The notes under the pieces are model-generated. The model was not told where the DNA came from. It saw only the letters and a program-made list of their open reading frames with translations, and searched no databases. Below are positions 1 to 10,201 of a stretch of 64,000 bases of DNA, in pieces (the stretch's first letter is position 1; each line of letters starts with the position of its first letter). The position numbers and the translations under genes were made by a program. The stretch lies in the IMG/VR virus record IMGVR_UViG_3300010334_004649; one strand, 5' to 3'. The DNA comes from an uncultured virus (IMG/VR IMGVR_UViG_3300010334_004649). Lineage: Duplodnaviria; Heunggongvirae; Uroviricota; Caudoviricetes.

Positions 1-1
1 T

Positions 2-1807
2 ATGTTTATGGCTCCTGCAATAATGGTCGGGTCAGACATAATGTCTTCGGCCATTGAAAATTTAGGAAAGGCCGTTGGCACAGCAGTCAAAGAATCTGGA
101 CCAGGTTTTGAAACTCTAGTTACTGGGTTTGAAAGGCTTGCAAAAATAGCAGGCAATGGTTTGCTGCAGGCATCACTAGGCATAGATGCCCTAGGCAAGG
201 TCTTTGCAGGTAATCTGTTTGGATCCACACAGGGCCTGTCAAAACTTGGCACGTTTTTTGAAATGCTTGCCAAAAACAAAGCCAATATCGAGTCAGGATC
301 GCAGGCAATTAGAGTTCTTGGTAGATTGGACATTACTCGGGAGGGAGTCGAAGGAATTGAAGCACTGGGACGCATGTTCTCAAACAGTTATATCTGGGAA
401 AAAGGACTAAGTTCGGCTGATACAAAAAATGTTGAAAAACTAGTGGCTTTGATGTCGGCCTTGGGAACTGATCAATCAGCATTGATCAGAGGTTCTATGT
501 CATTGGCAATTCTTTCTTCTGTAAATATAAACAAGGAAACCGTTACTGGTCTGTCGACATTTGCAGAAATGTTTAACAACAGTTACTGGCTGGTTGGATC
601 TGGTCTTGACAAGGCTGATCTTAAATTGGTAACCAAACTTGGAGAAATTTTTGGTTCATTGGGAAACCAAGCAGCCAATTTCAATGCTGGGGCAGCTGCT
701 CTTGATGCTATTTTGCAACTAGATCTCACTGCTGAAAAAATCAAAGGTTTTTCAGCTCTGAGTGAGTTTTTCATGACCAGTCATATGATATGGAATTCAG
801 ACGTTGGTGATGTGAAACCAGAAAATATCAAAGCATTTGCCAACATCTTCGAAGCTCTGGGTGATGCACAGGTTGATATTGTACGCGGTGCATTGTCTAT
901 AGCAGCACTTACTTCGTTTGATTTTAGTGAAGAAAAAGCCAAAGGTCTGTCCGGGCTTGCATATATGTTTGAGAGCGGAACGCGCACAGGGCTCAATCAT
1001 GTTGACATGGGCAACGTAGATGTATTTGGTCAAATCTTTAAAAAATTAGCAGATAACGGTGCAACAATTACTGCTGGATCCAATGTCTTAGATGCACTAA
1101 GCAGTGTTGATCTTTCTGAAGACAAAATAAAAGGCATAACTTTTCTAATCAATTTCTTCAGCAGTAGTATCAAACCAAATTTTGCCAGTATTGACAATTT
1201 TGTTCAAATTTTTACCAAACTTGGTGATGCTCAAGCCAGGATAATCAGTGGTTCTTTGTCATTGGTATCACTGAGCAGTATAAGTGTTAGTAAAGAACAA
1301 GTTGATGTCTTGACGCAAGTCATCAAAATATTAGACAGCGGCACAACAGGTAACAACATAGACGGACTCCTGAATATTTTTGATAAGTTTGCTAGTTCCA
1401 GTGCATTAATTATTGCTGGTGTTGACAGCATGAATTACATGGGTAATCTAGATCTCAACAGAATATCCAATATCATGGATCTCATAACAGCATTTACCGG
1501 CAGCAGCATGACTGGATTAAGTACGCCGGCGCCAGCAAGTAATATCAGACTGCCGAGATCAATTGCTGACAGCCAACAAGACCAACTTACGGATGTTGCA
1601 ACACCACCGGTTACGCCAGTTGTCCCGGTCAGTGTATTAAATGATGCCACAGTGGAATATTATGCAAAAACCACTATGCAATTCAACAAGATGATAGAGG
1701 TTCTGGAAAGAATTGAATCAATATCCATTAAGGTCAAAGACAACATAAGTGACGCCAACGATGACATTGTTGATGCGGTCAAATCTATCAGCGGCACACT
1801 CTTTTAA
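2..1807 (+). CDS. Tape-measure-like helical repeat protein, probably 5'-truncated by the window edge
   Basis: 601 aa, Ala/Gly/Leu/Ser-rich, with ~70-aa degenerate repeats (F..LG..QA.I..G..SL..LSS....E...GL..LA.MF); lies directly upstream of the portal gene. Confidence 0.55.
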   Translation: MFMAPAIMVGSDIMSSAIENLGKAVGTAVKESGPGFETLVTGFERLAKIAGNGLLQASLGIDALGKVFAGNLFGSTQGLSKLGTFFEMLAKNKANIESGSQAIRVLGRLDITREGVEGIEALGRMFSNSYIWEKGLSSADTKNVEKLVALMSALGTDQSALIRGSMSLAILSSVNINKETVTGLSTFAEMFNNSYWLVGSGLDKADLKLVTKLGEIFGSLGNQAANFNAGAAALDAILQLDLTAEKIKGFSALSEFFMTSHMIWNSDVGDVKPENIKAFANIFEALGDAQVDIVRGALSIAALTSFDFSEEKAKGLSGLAYMFESGTRTGLNHVDMGNVDVFGQIFKKLADNGATITAGSNVLDALSSVDLSEDKIKGITFLINFFSSSIKPNFASIDNFVQIFTKLGDAQARIISGSLSLVSLSSISVSKEQVDVLTQVIKILDSGTTGNNIDGLLNIFDKFASSSALIIAGVDSMNYMGNLDLNRISNIMDLITAFTGSSMTGLSTPAPASNIRLPRSIADSQQDQLTDVATPPVTPVVPVSVLNDATVEYYAKTTMQFNKMIEVLERIESISIKVKDNISDANDDIVDAVKSISGTLF

Positions 1808-1883
1808 TCTTTCAAGACAAAGTCTGTTGGCCTTTAGGACAACAATGGCATTTATATTCACAACTCACCACTATATATGGTGG

Positions 1884-1889
1884 TAAATA
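1884..1889 (+). promoter_or_regulatory. T4-like late promoter core TAAATA upstream of the portal gene
   Basis: GGTAAATAC in an intergenic gap; the same core recurs before most structural genes. Confidence 0.6.
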
Positions 1890-1919
1890 CTAGGGTATAA
1901 TATTGGATGGGTATATTAA

Positions 1920-4316
1920 ATGGCATCATGGAAAAAATACTTTTCAGCAGTACCGTCTCAGTCGCGTTTAAACCAACGACTGTCAGTTGAAAGCCAACGA
2001 TCAGAAGGGGTCAATGCCAGTTCTGGGGCCAAATACTCAAGTTATTTGCCAGAAGTTTACAGTGGAGCGCCCAATCGTATCGAACGGTATGTTTCATATG
2101 AGCAAATGGATCTTGATTCTGAAATCAGCAAAGGTCTTGATGTTCTAGCAGATTATTCAGTGCAGAACTATGACATCAGAGACCAGCCATTCCAGGTGGT
2201 CTACAACGACAACATGACTGAAACTGAAATTGGCCTACTGAAAGACATGCTGAGACAGTGGTGTAAACTGAACCGTTGGCACCAACGACTGTGGCGGACA
2301 TTTCGTAGCACATTGAAATATGGCGACCAAATTTTTGTTAGGGATCCAGAAACTTTCAAGTTGATTTGGATAGATCCGGCCAAAGTTGAAAAAATCATTG
2401 TCAACGAAGACAAAGGCAAAAGTGCACAGCAATATGTTATCAAAGATCTAGATCTCAACTTGACCACGCTGGTGGGCACCAACATGCTGATACACGATCA
2501 GTATAGTTTTCCGGGTGGTTATCCACGCAGCAGCAATCCTGCGGCTGGTGCAGGCACTATCAATTATGGCACACCCAGTAGCCCTGGCAGCCGCACCAGC
2601 AGATTCAACATACAGCCAAACGAGTTGGCAGTTGATGCTGCACATGTTGTGCATCTCAGTCTCAGTGAGGGTATGGATAGTCAGTGGCCGTTTGGAACCA
2701 GCATATTGGAAAGTATTTACAAGGTCTACAAACAAAAGGACCTATTGGAAGACTGCATATTGATATATCGTGTGGTTCGCGCACCAGAACGCAGAGTTTT
2801 CTACATTGACACAGGCAGCCTGAGTGGTCCAAGAGCACAGCAGGTAATAGAACGCATGAAAAATGAAATCTATCAACGACGTATACCAAACCGTACTGGC
2901 GGAGGTCAGTGTCTTGATTTAGATACCGTTATTCCACTTCTTGATGGCAGATCTGTGACATTATCTAAATTAATTAGCGAATTTAATAATGGAAAAACAA
3001 ATTGGGTTTATTCAGTTGATGTTAAAACTGGCGGTATTGTACCTGGTTTGATTTCTTGGGCAGGTATCACACGTAAAAATACTCAAGTTATCAAATTGAC
3101 ATTAGATAATGGCGAAATGTTGATTGTTACACCAGATCATAAGATTCCAATATTAGGAAAAGGCAATATTCAAGCCAAAGATATTGAGATAAATCGAGAC
3201 AGTTTGATTAGTTTTAATACTAGAACTAGATCAATAACCAACAATAACAGTCATGCAGATCCTCAATATCATCAGATATTTGATCATGGTACAAAAGATT
3301 GGATATTTACTCATCGTATGGCTGCAAATTATTTCAAATCAATTGGGTTACAGAACGAGTTAATATATGACCGACCAGTTGTTGATGGTATCTCAGTAAA
3401 CACTATGCTACCATCACTTGGTTATTCTTGGTTGGCAGATTTTAAAAATAAAGCGTTAAATTTTAATCACAAAGTTGTTGCTATAGAATGGTTGGACGAC
3501 AACAGGGATACCGGTACTATAACCGTTGATGGTAAAGAAATTTATCATGATTTTCATAATTTTGCAACCAACTCGGGGGTGTTTGTTTGTAACAGTATAC
3601 TTGACGCAGCCTACAGTCCCATTGCTATCAACGAGGATTTCTTCTTGGCCCAGAACAGTGAGGGCAAAGGGACTAGAATTGAAACACTACCCGGCGGTGA
3701 AAATCTTGGCCAGATTGACGATTTAAAATACTTCAATAACAAAATGATACGTGGTCTAGGTATCCCCAGTTCATATCTACCAACTGGCCCAGAAGATGGT
3801 ACCACTGCCTATACTGACGGCAAGGTGGGTACAGCATATGTCCAAGAATTTCGTTTTGCCAAAGTCTGTCAACGATTACAGAATCTAATGACTCCTATTC
3901 TAGACAAAGAGTTCAAGATGTTTGTCAAATCTCGTGGTATTGAGATATCCAGCGACGAATTTGATCTAAAGATGTGGGAACCGCAAAGTTTCTCTCAATA
4001 TAGGCAAATGGCGCTGGATTCTGAACAGATTGGTGTGTTCAGCAGTCTTATCCAGACAGATGCTGCCAAATATATCAGCAAGCGTTTTGCTTTGAAACGT
4101 TATCTCAACTGGACTGATGAGGATATATTGGAAAACGAACGGCAGTGGAAGGAAGAAAATGCCAAGAAGGTGACTGACAAAATAGGTGTAAAGATAGGTG
4201 CTGATACTAAACCTGGTCTCAACAGTGTTGGTATCAGACCCAATTCTGATACCGCAGCGGAACCAGAACCCAGTGCAGATGGTGAAAATGCGCCGGATGA
4301 CTCTACAACAGCATAA
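1920..4316 (+). CDS. 20: Portal protein (T4 gp20-like) containing an intein
   Basis: Motifs YEQMDLDSEI, LEDCILIYRVVRAPERRVFYID, EDFFL...G.GTRIETLPGGENLGQIDDLKYF; position before core, protease, scaffold and capsid genes. Confidence 0.95.
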   Translation: MASWKKYFSAVPSQSRLNQRLSVESQRSEGVNASSGAKYSSYLPEVYSGAPNRIERYVSYEQMDLDSEISKGLDVLADYSVQNYDIRDQPFQVVYNDNMTETEIGLLKDMLRQWCKLNRWHQRLWRTFRSTLKYGDQIFVRDPETFKLIWIDPAKVEKIIVNEDKGKSAQQYVIKDLDLNLTTLVGTNMLIHDQYSFPGGYPRSSNPAAGAGTINYGTPSSPGSRTSRFNIQPNELAVDAAHVVHLSLSEGMDSQWPFGTSILESIYKVYKQKDLLEDCILIYRVVRAPERRVFYIDTGSLSGPRAQQVIERMKNEIYQRRIPNRTGGGQCLDLDTVIPLLDGRSVTLSKLISEFNNGKTNWVYSVDVKTGGIVPGLISWAGITRKNTQVIKLTLDNGEMLIVTPDHKIPILGKGNIQAKDIEINRDSLISFNTRTRSITNNNSHADPQYHQIFDHGTKDWIFTHRMAANYFKSIGLQNELIYDRPVVDGISVNTMLPSLGYSWLADFKNKALNFNHKVVAIEWLDDNRDTGTITVDGKEIYHDFHNFATNSGVFVCNSILDAAYSPIAINEDFFLAQNSEGKGTRIETLPGGENLGQIDDLKYFNNKMIRGLGIPSSYLPTGPEDGTTAYTDGKVGTAYVQEFRFAKVCQRLQNLMTPILDKEFKMFVKSRGIEISSDEFDLKMWEPQSFSQYRQMALDSEQIGVFSSLIQTDAAKYISKRFALKRYLNWTDEDILENERQWKEENAKKVTDKIGVKIGADTKPGLNSVGIRPNSDTAAEPEPSADGENAPDDSTTA
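2910..3593 (+). mobile_element. Intein in portal (228 aa), no intact endonuclease
   Basis: GGGQ|CLDLDTVIPLL block A, VTPDHKI block B, ends HNFATNSGVFVCN|S; more AT-rich than the flanks. Confidence 0.9.
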
Positions 4317-4319
4317 ATA
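4314..4319 (+). promoter_or_regulatory. Late promoter core TAAATA overlapping the portal stop codon
   Basis: CATAAATAT, then GAGGA RBS and ATG at 4335. Confidence 0.6.
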
Positions 4320-4334
4320 TACCAGAGGAACCAC

Positions 4335-4550
4335 ATGAACGCCAACGAAATTGACCCCAGTTATCGCGATATAAATCAGGATAGGCTCATGCAGCGCCAG
4401 ACTACTGATAGTCGCAAACCAACAATAACCCTGACTGTGCTTAATAAATTGAAAAAGATGAGAGCCGCCAAGGACCTAGAGGAACTCATGAGGGGCGACT
4501 TCTTAGAAATCATCTATTCAGACCAAGCTGCAGATAGCGGAGGCATTTAA
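4335..4550 (+). CDS. Small hypothetical head-module protein
   Basis: 71 aa, has RBS, late promoter and TAATG overlap with the next gene; DSRKPTITL..LNKLKKMR segment. Confidence 0.75.
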   Translation: MNANEIDPSYRDINQDRLMQRQTTDSRKPTITLTVLNKLKKMRAAKDLEELMRGDFLEIIYSDQAADSGGI

Positions 4551-5668
4551 TGCCCTATAACATCAACAACTATTGTGGCAGTTTTCTAGTCAGTGTACAA
4601 AACAGTACGATCTGTACAACCAGCACCAGTCTTGGTCTAATAGGACAAAATTCGGTAAATTTTGGTCTGGCTTTGAATGAAAATTTTGTCTATCTTCTGC
4701 AGAATTTCAGCAGCAGCACACCGCCAGCCAGTCCAATACAGGGACAGATCTGGTACAACAATGTAACAGCGGTTATGAATTACTACGATGGTCAGCAATG
4801 GCATGTTTTGAGTCCACCGTTTGATGGAGATGCAGGTACCGCACAGGTATTGATCACCGCAGTGAATCCTCAGGTAGAAGTCACTGTGATTTTTTCAGCA
4901 GGATTGATTGTCAGTGCAGTCAGTCATTTTGCCCTGAGTCCTGCCAGTCTACCATTGTATGCGCAGATAGGCGATATCAATTTTCCGTTCCAGTCTAGAT
5001 TTCCATCGGGTATCAGTCCAGGCATTACTCTGGCTACAGATTCACATGGTTACAAGTTTGCAGGCACAGCTACAAGTGCAAACGTTTTGGCCACAGGTCG
5101 GTGCATCACTCTGCAGGGATCTGTCACAGGCAATGTAACATTCAACGGCAGTAACAATGTGGTATTAAATACCACATTGATAAATGCTTTGAATGGTTCC
5201 GTAATTGCCAATTCCAGTGTTACATCACTACCAAATTGGTTTACCAATGTCTATGTAAATTCAAACGGTGTGGTTTCTGACGCAACAGCATTGATCGATA
5301 AAGATGTCTACAATGCACTGGGCTATACTCCGGCCAGTATCATATTGTTCAACGGTGATGTACATGGTAATACCGTCAGCAATGGCACCACCTGGACTGG
5401 CAATATTTTTATCAACAATCAGGCAAATATCACACCGGGCTATTACAGCAACATCTATGTAGGACAAAATGGCCTGGTGGTAGCTGCCAACAACAACAAT
5501 GCAGTACCACTACAGGGCATAATACTATGGGCCAATCCGGGACTGCTGCCAACCGGTTGGGCTCTGTGCAACGGACAGACGATAACATTGCCCAACGGAC
5601 AGACACTAATTACTCCCGACATTCCCGGAATTAATGGAACTGTATATATCATCAATATAGGGATCTAG
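4550..5668 (+). CDS. Fibre or baseplate-wedge-like virion protein with a C-terminal tail-collar-like motif
   Basis: TSLGLIGQN...ENFVYLLQNF...P..PIQGQIWY N-terminal module; C-terminal GIILWA...P.GWALCNGQ. Confidence 0.7.
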   Translation: MPYNINNYCGSFLVSVQNSTICTTSTSLGLIGQNSVNFGLALNENFVYLLQNFSSSTPPASPIQGQIWYNNVTAVMNYYDGQQWHVLSPPFDGDAGTAQVLITAVNPQVEVTVIFSAGLIVSAVSHFALSPASLPLYAQIGDINFPFQSRFPSGISPGITLATDSHGYKFAGTATSANVLATGRCITLQGSVTGNVTFNGSNNVVLNTTLINALNGSVIANSSVTSLPNWFTNVYVNSNGVVSDATALIDKDVYNALGYTPASIILFNGDVHGNTVSNGTTWTGNIFINNQANITPGYYSNIYVGQNGLVVAANNNNAVPLQGIILWANPGLLPTGWALCNGQTITLPNGQTLITPDIPGINGTVYIINIGI

Positions 5669-5725
5669 TTTTTCCTAAAATCTACATTTTTTACCGTTGA
5701 TAAACAGCGATATAGCCGTTCGTCT

Positions 5726-5731
5726 TAAATA
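5726..5731 (+). promoter_or_regulatory. Late promoter core TAAATA
   Basis: Upstream of AAGGAG RBS and ATG at 5773. Confidence 0.55.
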
Positions 5732-5772
5732 AATGCGAGTCTGTCTTACACCAATTTAACAAGGAGCGTGAA

Positions 5773-6924
5773 ATGACTAGTAATCCAAAGTTGTCAAAGG
5801 TTCTTGAATATCTCATCAAGAATGACGAAGACAAAGCCAAAGAACTTCTACACCAAGTATTTATTGAAAAGGCCCGTGCAATTCATGAAGAAATGATGGG
5901 ACACGACGACATGGAAGAAGACATGATCGGCGGTTCTGGCGACATGGGCAAGGATTTTAGACACAGTGTGAATGCTCGTCGCAAGACACGTGATCAATAT
6001 GCCGACGACATCAACTCAGATCTAAAACACATGCATGACGAAATTGATTTTGAAGAGACCATAAACGAAGACAGCATGATGGAGTGCGAAGTCAACGGCC
6101 GTCCAGTGGCTATAGAAACCATTGAAGTCGACAGCGACACCGGCAGCGACGAAGTCTATGCTGCCTACGCAGAGTTTGAGGATGGTCAACCACTGAGCAT
6201 GGCAGAACTTGATCGACTCACTGACAAGTATGCTGATGAACTCATGAGCATGTCCCGCAAGAAAATGTTCGAAGGCGATGACATGGAACTGGACATTGAA
6301 GACAGTGACGAAGACCATGACGAAGACCATGACGACGACGGTGACGAAGACCATGAAGATCATGAGAGAATCATGAACAAGATGGGCGATCTTCAAACTG
6401 CACTGGCCGAGCTCAAATCTGAGTTTGAAAAACTAGAAGCCCAAGAGCACGGCGACGACGAAGAAGAAGAAGCAGACGAAAGTTGGGAAATGGACGACGA
6501 GTTCGATGACATTGCTGAAAGTCTTGATCTTGAAGTTGTAGTCAAAGATATGGAAAAAACCATTCCTGCCAAAGACGTTGGTGCAGCATCCAGCGGCATG
6601 AGCGACGGCAACATGGCTCGCAGTCCAACACCTCCAACTCAGACCACACGTTTTGGAGCCAAACCGGTTGAAATTGGTGCAGGTCCAGATCATCGCGGAT
6701 ATGATCGTGAGCCTGCTCCCAAGAGCAACATGGATGCCATGAAGATAGCTGATCCAGATATGGGTGCTGATAATCGTCGCAAGACTTTTGAAAAAGGCAT
6801 GTCAAAGATGGACAAGCAGGGCAACAAGCCCGATGCAGCGCTCAACAAGACTGCAAAGGAATTTGGTGCTGATACAGTTGGCAAGATGAGCCCCCTCAGC
6901 AAAGGCGGCGACAATCTCAAGTAA
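5773..6924 (+). CDS. Acidic prohead core or internal protein (gp67/gp68 position)
   Basis: Very D/E-rich, AKELLHQVFIEKARAIHE N-terminus, DEDH repeats; lies between portal and protease. Confidence 0.7.
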   Translation: MTSNPKLSKVLEYLIKNDEDKAKELLHQVFIEKARAIHEEMMGHDDMEEDMIGGSGDMGKDFRHSVNARRKTRDQYADDINSDLKHMHDEIDFEETINEDSMMECEVNGRPVAIETIEVDSDTGSDEVYAAYAEFEDGQPLSMAELDRLTDKYADELMSMSRKKMFEGDDMELDIEDSDEDHDEDHDDDGDEDHEDHERIMNKMGDLQTALAELKSEFEKLEAQEHGDDEEEEADESWEMDDEFDDIAESLDLEVVVKDMEKTIPAKDVGAASSGMSDGNMARSPTPPTQTTRFGAKPVEIGAGPDHRGYDREPAPKSNMDAMKIADPDMGADNRRKTFEKGMSKMDKQGNKPDAALNKTAKEFGADTVGKMSPLSKGGDNLK

Positions 6925-6933
6925 CTGCCGGCT

Positions 6934-6967
6934 ATGCCAGGGAGAAATCACCTCCCTGGCATTTTTT
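6934..6967 (+). terminator. Intrinsic terminator
   Basis: ATGCCAGGGAG / CTCCCTGGCAT stem followed by a T-tract. Confidence 0.8.
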
Positions 6968-7009
6968 GCAATTCTAGACGCTTAAACGTCAGTAAATGCA
7001 AGAAGTCGT

Positions 7010-7015
7010 TAAATA
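7010..7015 (+). promoter_or_regulatory. Late promoter core TAAATA for the protease-scaffold-capsid operon
   Basis: Downstream of the terminator and upstream of ATG 7046. Confidence 0.6.
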
Positions 7016-7045
7016 AAACTGCGCGCCAATCAAGGTAATAATGGA

Positions 7046-7693
7046 ATGACCAAACACAACATACTGATCGAGCACTTGAACTATGATTCAGCTAGAGCCG
7101 AGGTCATCATGGAAGACGCTGTCAACCAAGGCGGTGTCAAAAATGTCTACATGAAGGGCATCTTCATCCAAGGTGACCTTCGCAACCACAATGGTCGTGT
7201 GTATCCAATACATGAAATACGCAAGGCTGTTGAAAATATCAAAGAATCCATTACCAAAGATTCTGGTGTGTTGGGTGAATGCGACCACCCACAAGAACTA
7301 CAGATTCACCTAGATCGCGTAAGCCACAAAATTACCGATATGTGGATGGATGGGCCCAATGGATATGGCAAGTTGCAGATCTTGCCAACACCCTGCGGCA
7401 ACATCGTAAAAACGCTGCTGGACTGCGGGATCAAGCTGGGTGTCAGCTCTCGCGGATCTGGCAATGTTGATGACAACGGTCGAGTGTCAGATTTTGACAT
7501 GTTGACAGTTGATATAGTGGCAAAGCCAAGTGCGCCTAATGCTTATCCCACACCTATGTATGAGGCAATCATGAACCGCAAACATGGCTACAAGATTCAT
7601 GAACTGGCCGAAAGCATGCGACATGATTCAGTGGCACAACAGCACCTGAAGAAGATCCTGCTGGGCTGGGTCGATGAATTGAAACTTTATTAA
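7046..7693 (+). CDS. 21: Prohead protease (T4 gp21-like)
   Basis: GIFIQGD.RN.NGRVYP, LGECDHP, VSHKI, GVSSRGSG, DIVAKPSAPNAY. Confidence 0.95.
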   Translation: MTKHNILIEHLNYDSARAEVIMEDAVNQGGVKNVYMKGIFIQGDLRNHNGRVYPIHEIRKAVENIKESITKDSGVLGECDHPQELQIHLDRVSHKITDMWMDGPNGYGKLQILPTPCGNIVKTLLDCGIKLGVSSRGSGNVDDNGRVSDFDMLTVDIVAKPSAPNAYPTPMYEAIMNRKHGYKIHELAESMRHDSVAQQHLKKILLGWVDELKLY

Positions 7694-7706
7694 GGAGTAG
7701 TGTCCT

Positions 7707-8927
7707 ATGGAAAAGGAAATAAAAGACCTCCTGGAAAATGAAGTACTTGGCAATGATGTCAAGACCGCACTCCAAGAGGCCTTTAACAACAAGGTCAAAG
7801 CAGCGGAGCAAAAACTCCAGGAAGACTATGCCGTTCGCTATAACAACGACAAAGCACAGCTTGTTGAAGCCATGGACATGATGCTGAGTGATGCTATTCG
7901 CGCTGAATTGAGTGAGTTTGCAGAAGATCGTTCTGCACTGATTCGTCAGCGTGCCAAAACGAGTAAGGCAATCCAAGAAGCCAAACAGCACTACAAGACC
8001 AAGATGAACGAACATGCAAAGATGTTGAATTCATTTGTGGCCAAGCAGCTGAAAAGTGAAATTGCAGAATTCGTTGAGGATCGCAAGACCCTCACCGCAC
8101 AGCGTCGTGAACTGGCAGAAGAACTGCGCACCATCAAGGAAAGCAGCCAGCGTGAGATGTCATCTCGCGTCAACAAGTTGGAAGGATTCGTTCTCAAGCA
8201 GCTCAGCGAAGAAATCGCAGAGTTCCATGCTGATAAAAAGGCATTGATTGAGCAACGTGTAAAACTTGCTCAAGAAGGCAAGAAAAAGATCTCTGAAGCA
8301 CAGAACAAGTTTATCAATCGCGCTGCCAAGGCCGTAGACAAGACCTTGAACGAAGTGATCAAAACTGAACTGGTGCAGTGGAGAGACGACATCAAGGTTG
8401 CTCGTCAGAACAACTTTGGACGCCGGATCTTTGAAGCAGTGGCTGCCGAATATATGGCCAGTTATCTGTCAGAAGGCAGCGAAGTAAAGAAGCTGAACCG
8501 TCAGCTTCAGGAGCAGAAAGCAGAATTGGCTATGGCTCAGTCCAAGATCAACGAGCAGACAAAGCTCGTAGAATCAGCCAATGCACGGGCACGTTCTGCT
8601 CAAGATCGCATACTACGAGAAGAGACTCTAAAGGATCTACTTTCTCCGTTGTCACGCGATAAAAAAGCCGTGATGGAAGACATGTTGAGAGAAATCAAAA
8701 CAGCGAATCTAAAGGAAGCCTTTAATCGCTATCTACCAGCACTGGTCAACGGTACACCAAGTTCTCAGGGCAAGGTCAACCTTGCTGAGAACGCAACCCC
8801 AAAAAATGTCGCTGTAACTGGTGACAGACTAAACAACAACAAACTCGCCCAAGCAGTGCAAGCAGAATCTCGAGACGAACACAGCGATCTCGGCATGATA
8901 CTTCACCTCGCCGGTATAAAGCATTAA
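7707..8927 (+). CDS. 22: Prohead scaffolding protein (gp22-like)
   Basis: 406 aa coiled-coil between protease and capsid; strong RBS; FGRRIFEA motif. Confidence 0.85.
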   Translation: MEKEIKDLLENEVLGNDVKTALQEAFNNKVKAAEQKLQEDYAVRYNNDKAQLVEAMDMMLSDAIRAELSEFAEDRSALIRQRAKTSKAIQEAKQHYKTKMNEHAKMLNSFVAKQLKSEIAEFVEDRKTLTAQRRELAEELRTIKESSQREMSSRVNKLEGFVLKQLSEEIAEFHADKKALIEQRVKLAQEGKKKISEAQNKFINRAAKAVDKTLNEVIKTELVQWRDDIKVARQNNFGRRIFEAVAAEYMASYLSEGSEVKKLNRQLQEQKAELAMAQSKINEQTKLVESANARARSAQDRILREETLKDLLSPLSRDKKAVMEDMLREIKTANLKEAFNRYLPALVNGTPSSQGKVNLAENATPKNVAVTGDRLNNNKLAQAVQAESRDEHSDLGMILHLAGIKH

Positions 8928-8938
8928 GGAGCTATAAA

Positions 8939-10138
8939 ATGAGTAAGAACCTTTTCGAAACACATTGGACGGCTACCAAGACCGCCCTCTGCGAAGGTCT
9001 AACCGGCAATCGCAAGAAGGTCATGGAAGTCGTGCTTGAGAACACACGCAAGGACCTACAGGCCAAAAGTGGAATACTGTTTGAAAGTGCAACACCAGGT
9101 GCTACCAGCGCTGGCAACGTGGCCACTCTCAACAAGGTGATCCTCCCAGTGATCCGTCGTGTGATGCCCACAGTGATTGCCAACGAAATCATTGGCGTGC
9201 AGCCAATGAGTGGTCCAGTTGGACAGATTCACACACTGCGCGTACGCTATGCTGACACATTTGGTACCCCAACTCCAGTGGTTGCTGGTAGCGAAGCACT
9301 CAGCCCATTTGATATTGCACGTTTCTATTCTGGCAACGGCAACAGCACCTATCCCGCTGCTGCACCAGTCAGCGTGCTGGAAGGAACTGCTGGTAAGCGT
9401 TTGAACATCCAGATTCTCAAGGAAACAGTTGAAGCCAAGACACGCAAGTTGTCAGCTCGTTGGACCTTTGAGGCTGCACAGGATGCACAGGCTCAGCAGG
9501 GCATTGACATTGAAGCAGAAATCATGGCTGCGTTGGCTCAGGAAATAACCGCAGAAATCGACCAGGAAATTCTGGTTAGCCTGCGCACATTGGCTGGTAC
9601 AACACTGACCTACGATCAGGGTGCTGTTTCCGGTACTGCTACCTATGTTGGTGATGAGCATGCTGCTCTTGCAGTGCTGATCAACCGTGGTGCAAACTTG
9701 ATCGCTGCACGTACACGCCGTGGTGCTGGTAACTGGGTTGTGGTTAGCCCAACCGCTCTTACCATTCTGCAGAGTGCTACAACTTCAGCGTTCGCTCGTA
9801 CCACAGAAGGCACCTTCGAAGCACCAACCAATACCAAGTTCGTTGGTACACTGAACAACAGCATGCGCGTGTATGTTGACCAGTATGCTGCTGATGACAC
9901 CAACGTGCTGGTTGGCTACAAGGGGCCCGGCGAAATCGATGCGGCTGCGTATTATTGCCCGTATGTTCCGCTGACAAGCTCAGGCGTGATCATTGATCCT
10001 TCCACTTTTGAACCAGTGGTCAGCTTTATGACACGTTATGGTTATCTTGAGCTAAACAACACTGCGTCAAGCCTTGGCAACGCAGCTGATTATTTGGCTG
10101 GTATCGGGATAAATACTGCCCATTTGAAATTTTTATGA
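8939..10138 (+). CDS. 23: Major capsid protein (gp23-like)
   Basis: LPVIRRVMP..IANEIIGVQPMSGPVGQI, KTRKLSARWTFEAAQD, EITAEIDQE, YCPYVPL, FMTRYG. Confidence 0.97.
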   Translation: MSKNLFETHWTATKTALCEGLTGNRKKVMEVVLENTRKDLQAKSGILFESATPGATSAGNVATLNKVILPVIRRVMPTVIANEIIGVQPMSGPVGQIHTLRVRYADTFGTPTPVVAGSEALSPFDIARFYSGNGNSTYPAAAPVSVLEGTAGKRLNIQILKETVEAKTRKLSARWTFEAAQDAQAQQGIDIEAEIMAALAQEITAEIDQEILVSLRTLAGTTLTYDQGAVSGTATYVGDEHAALAVLINRGANLIAARTRRGAGNWVVVSPTALTILQSATTSAFARTTEGTFEAPTNTKFVGTLNNSMRVYVDQYAADDTNVLVGYKGPGEIDAAAYYCPYVPLTSSGVIIDPSTFEPVVSFMTRYGYLELNNTASSLGNAADYLAGIGINTAHLKFL

Positions 10139-10142
10139 ATCC

Positions 10143-10180
10143 TTTGTTTTCAATGGGTTACAAGGTCCATTGAAAACAAA
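10143..10180. repeat. 14-bp perfect inverted repeat just after the capsid stop codon
   Basis: TTTGTTTTCAATGG-10 nt-CCATTGAAAACAAA. Confidence 0.8.
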
Positions 10181-10201
10181 TTTCATAAAACTAAACAAGT
10201 C

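Noticed and set aside
4550..5668. Diversity-generating retroelement target
   Set aside because: No reverse transcriptase and no template/variable repeat pair were seen in the window
6307..6366. GACGAAGACCAT tandem repeats
   Set aside because: They encode a low-complexity DEDH tract of the acidic core protein and are not a separate element
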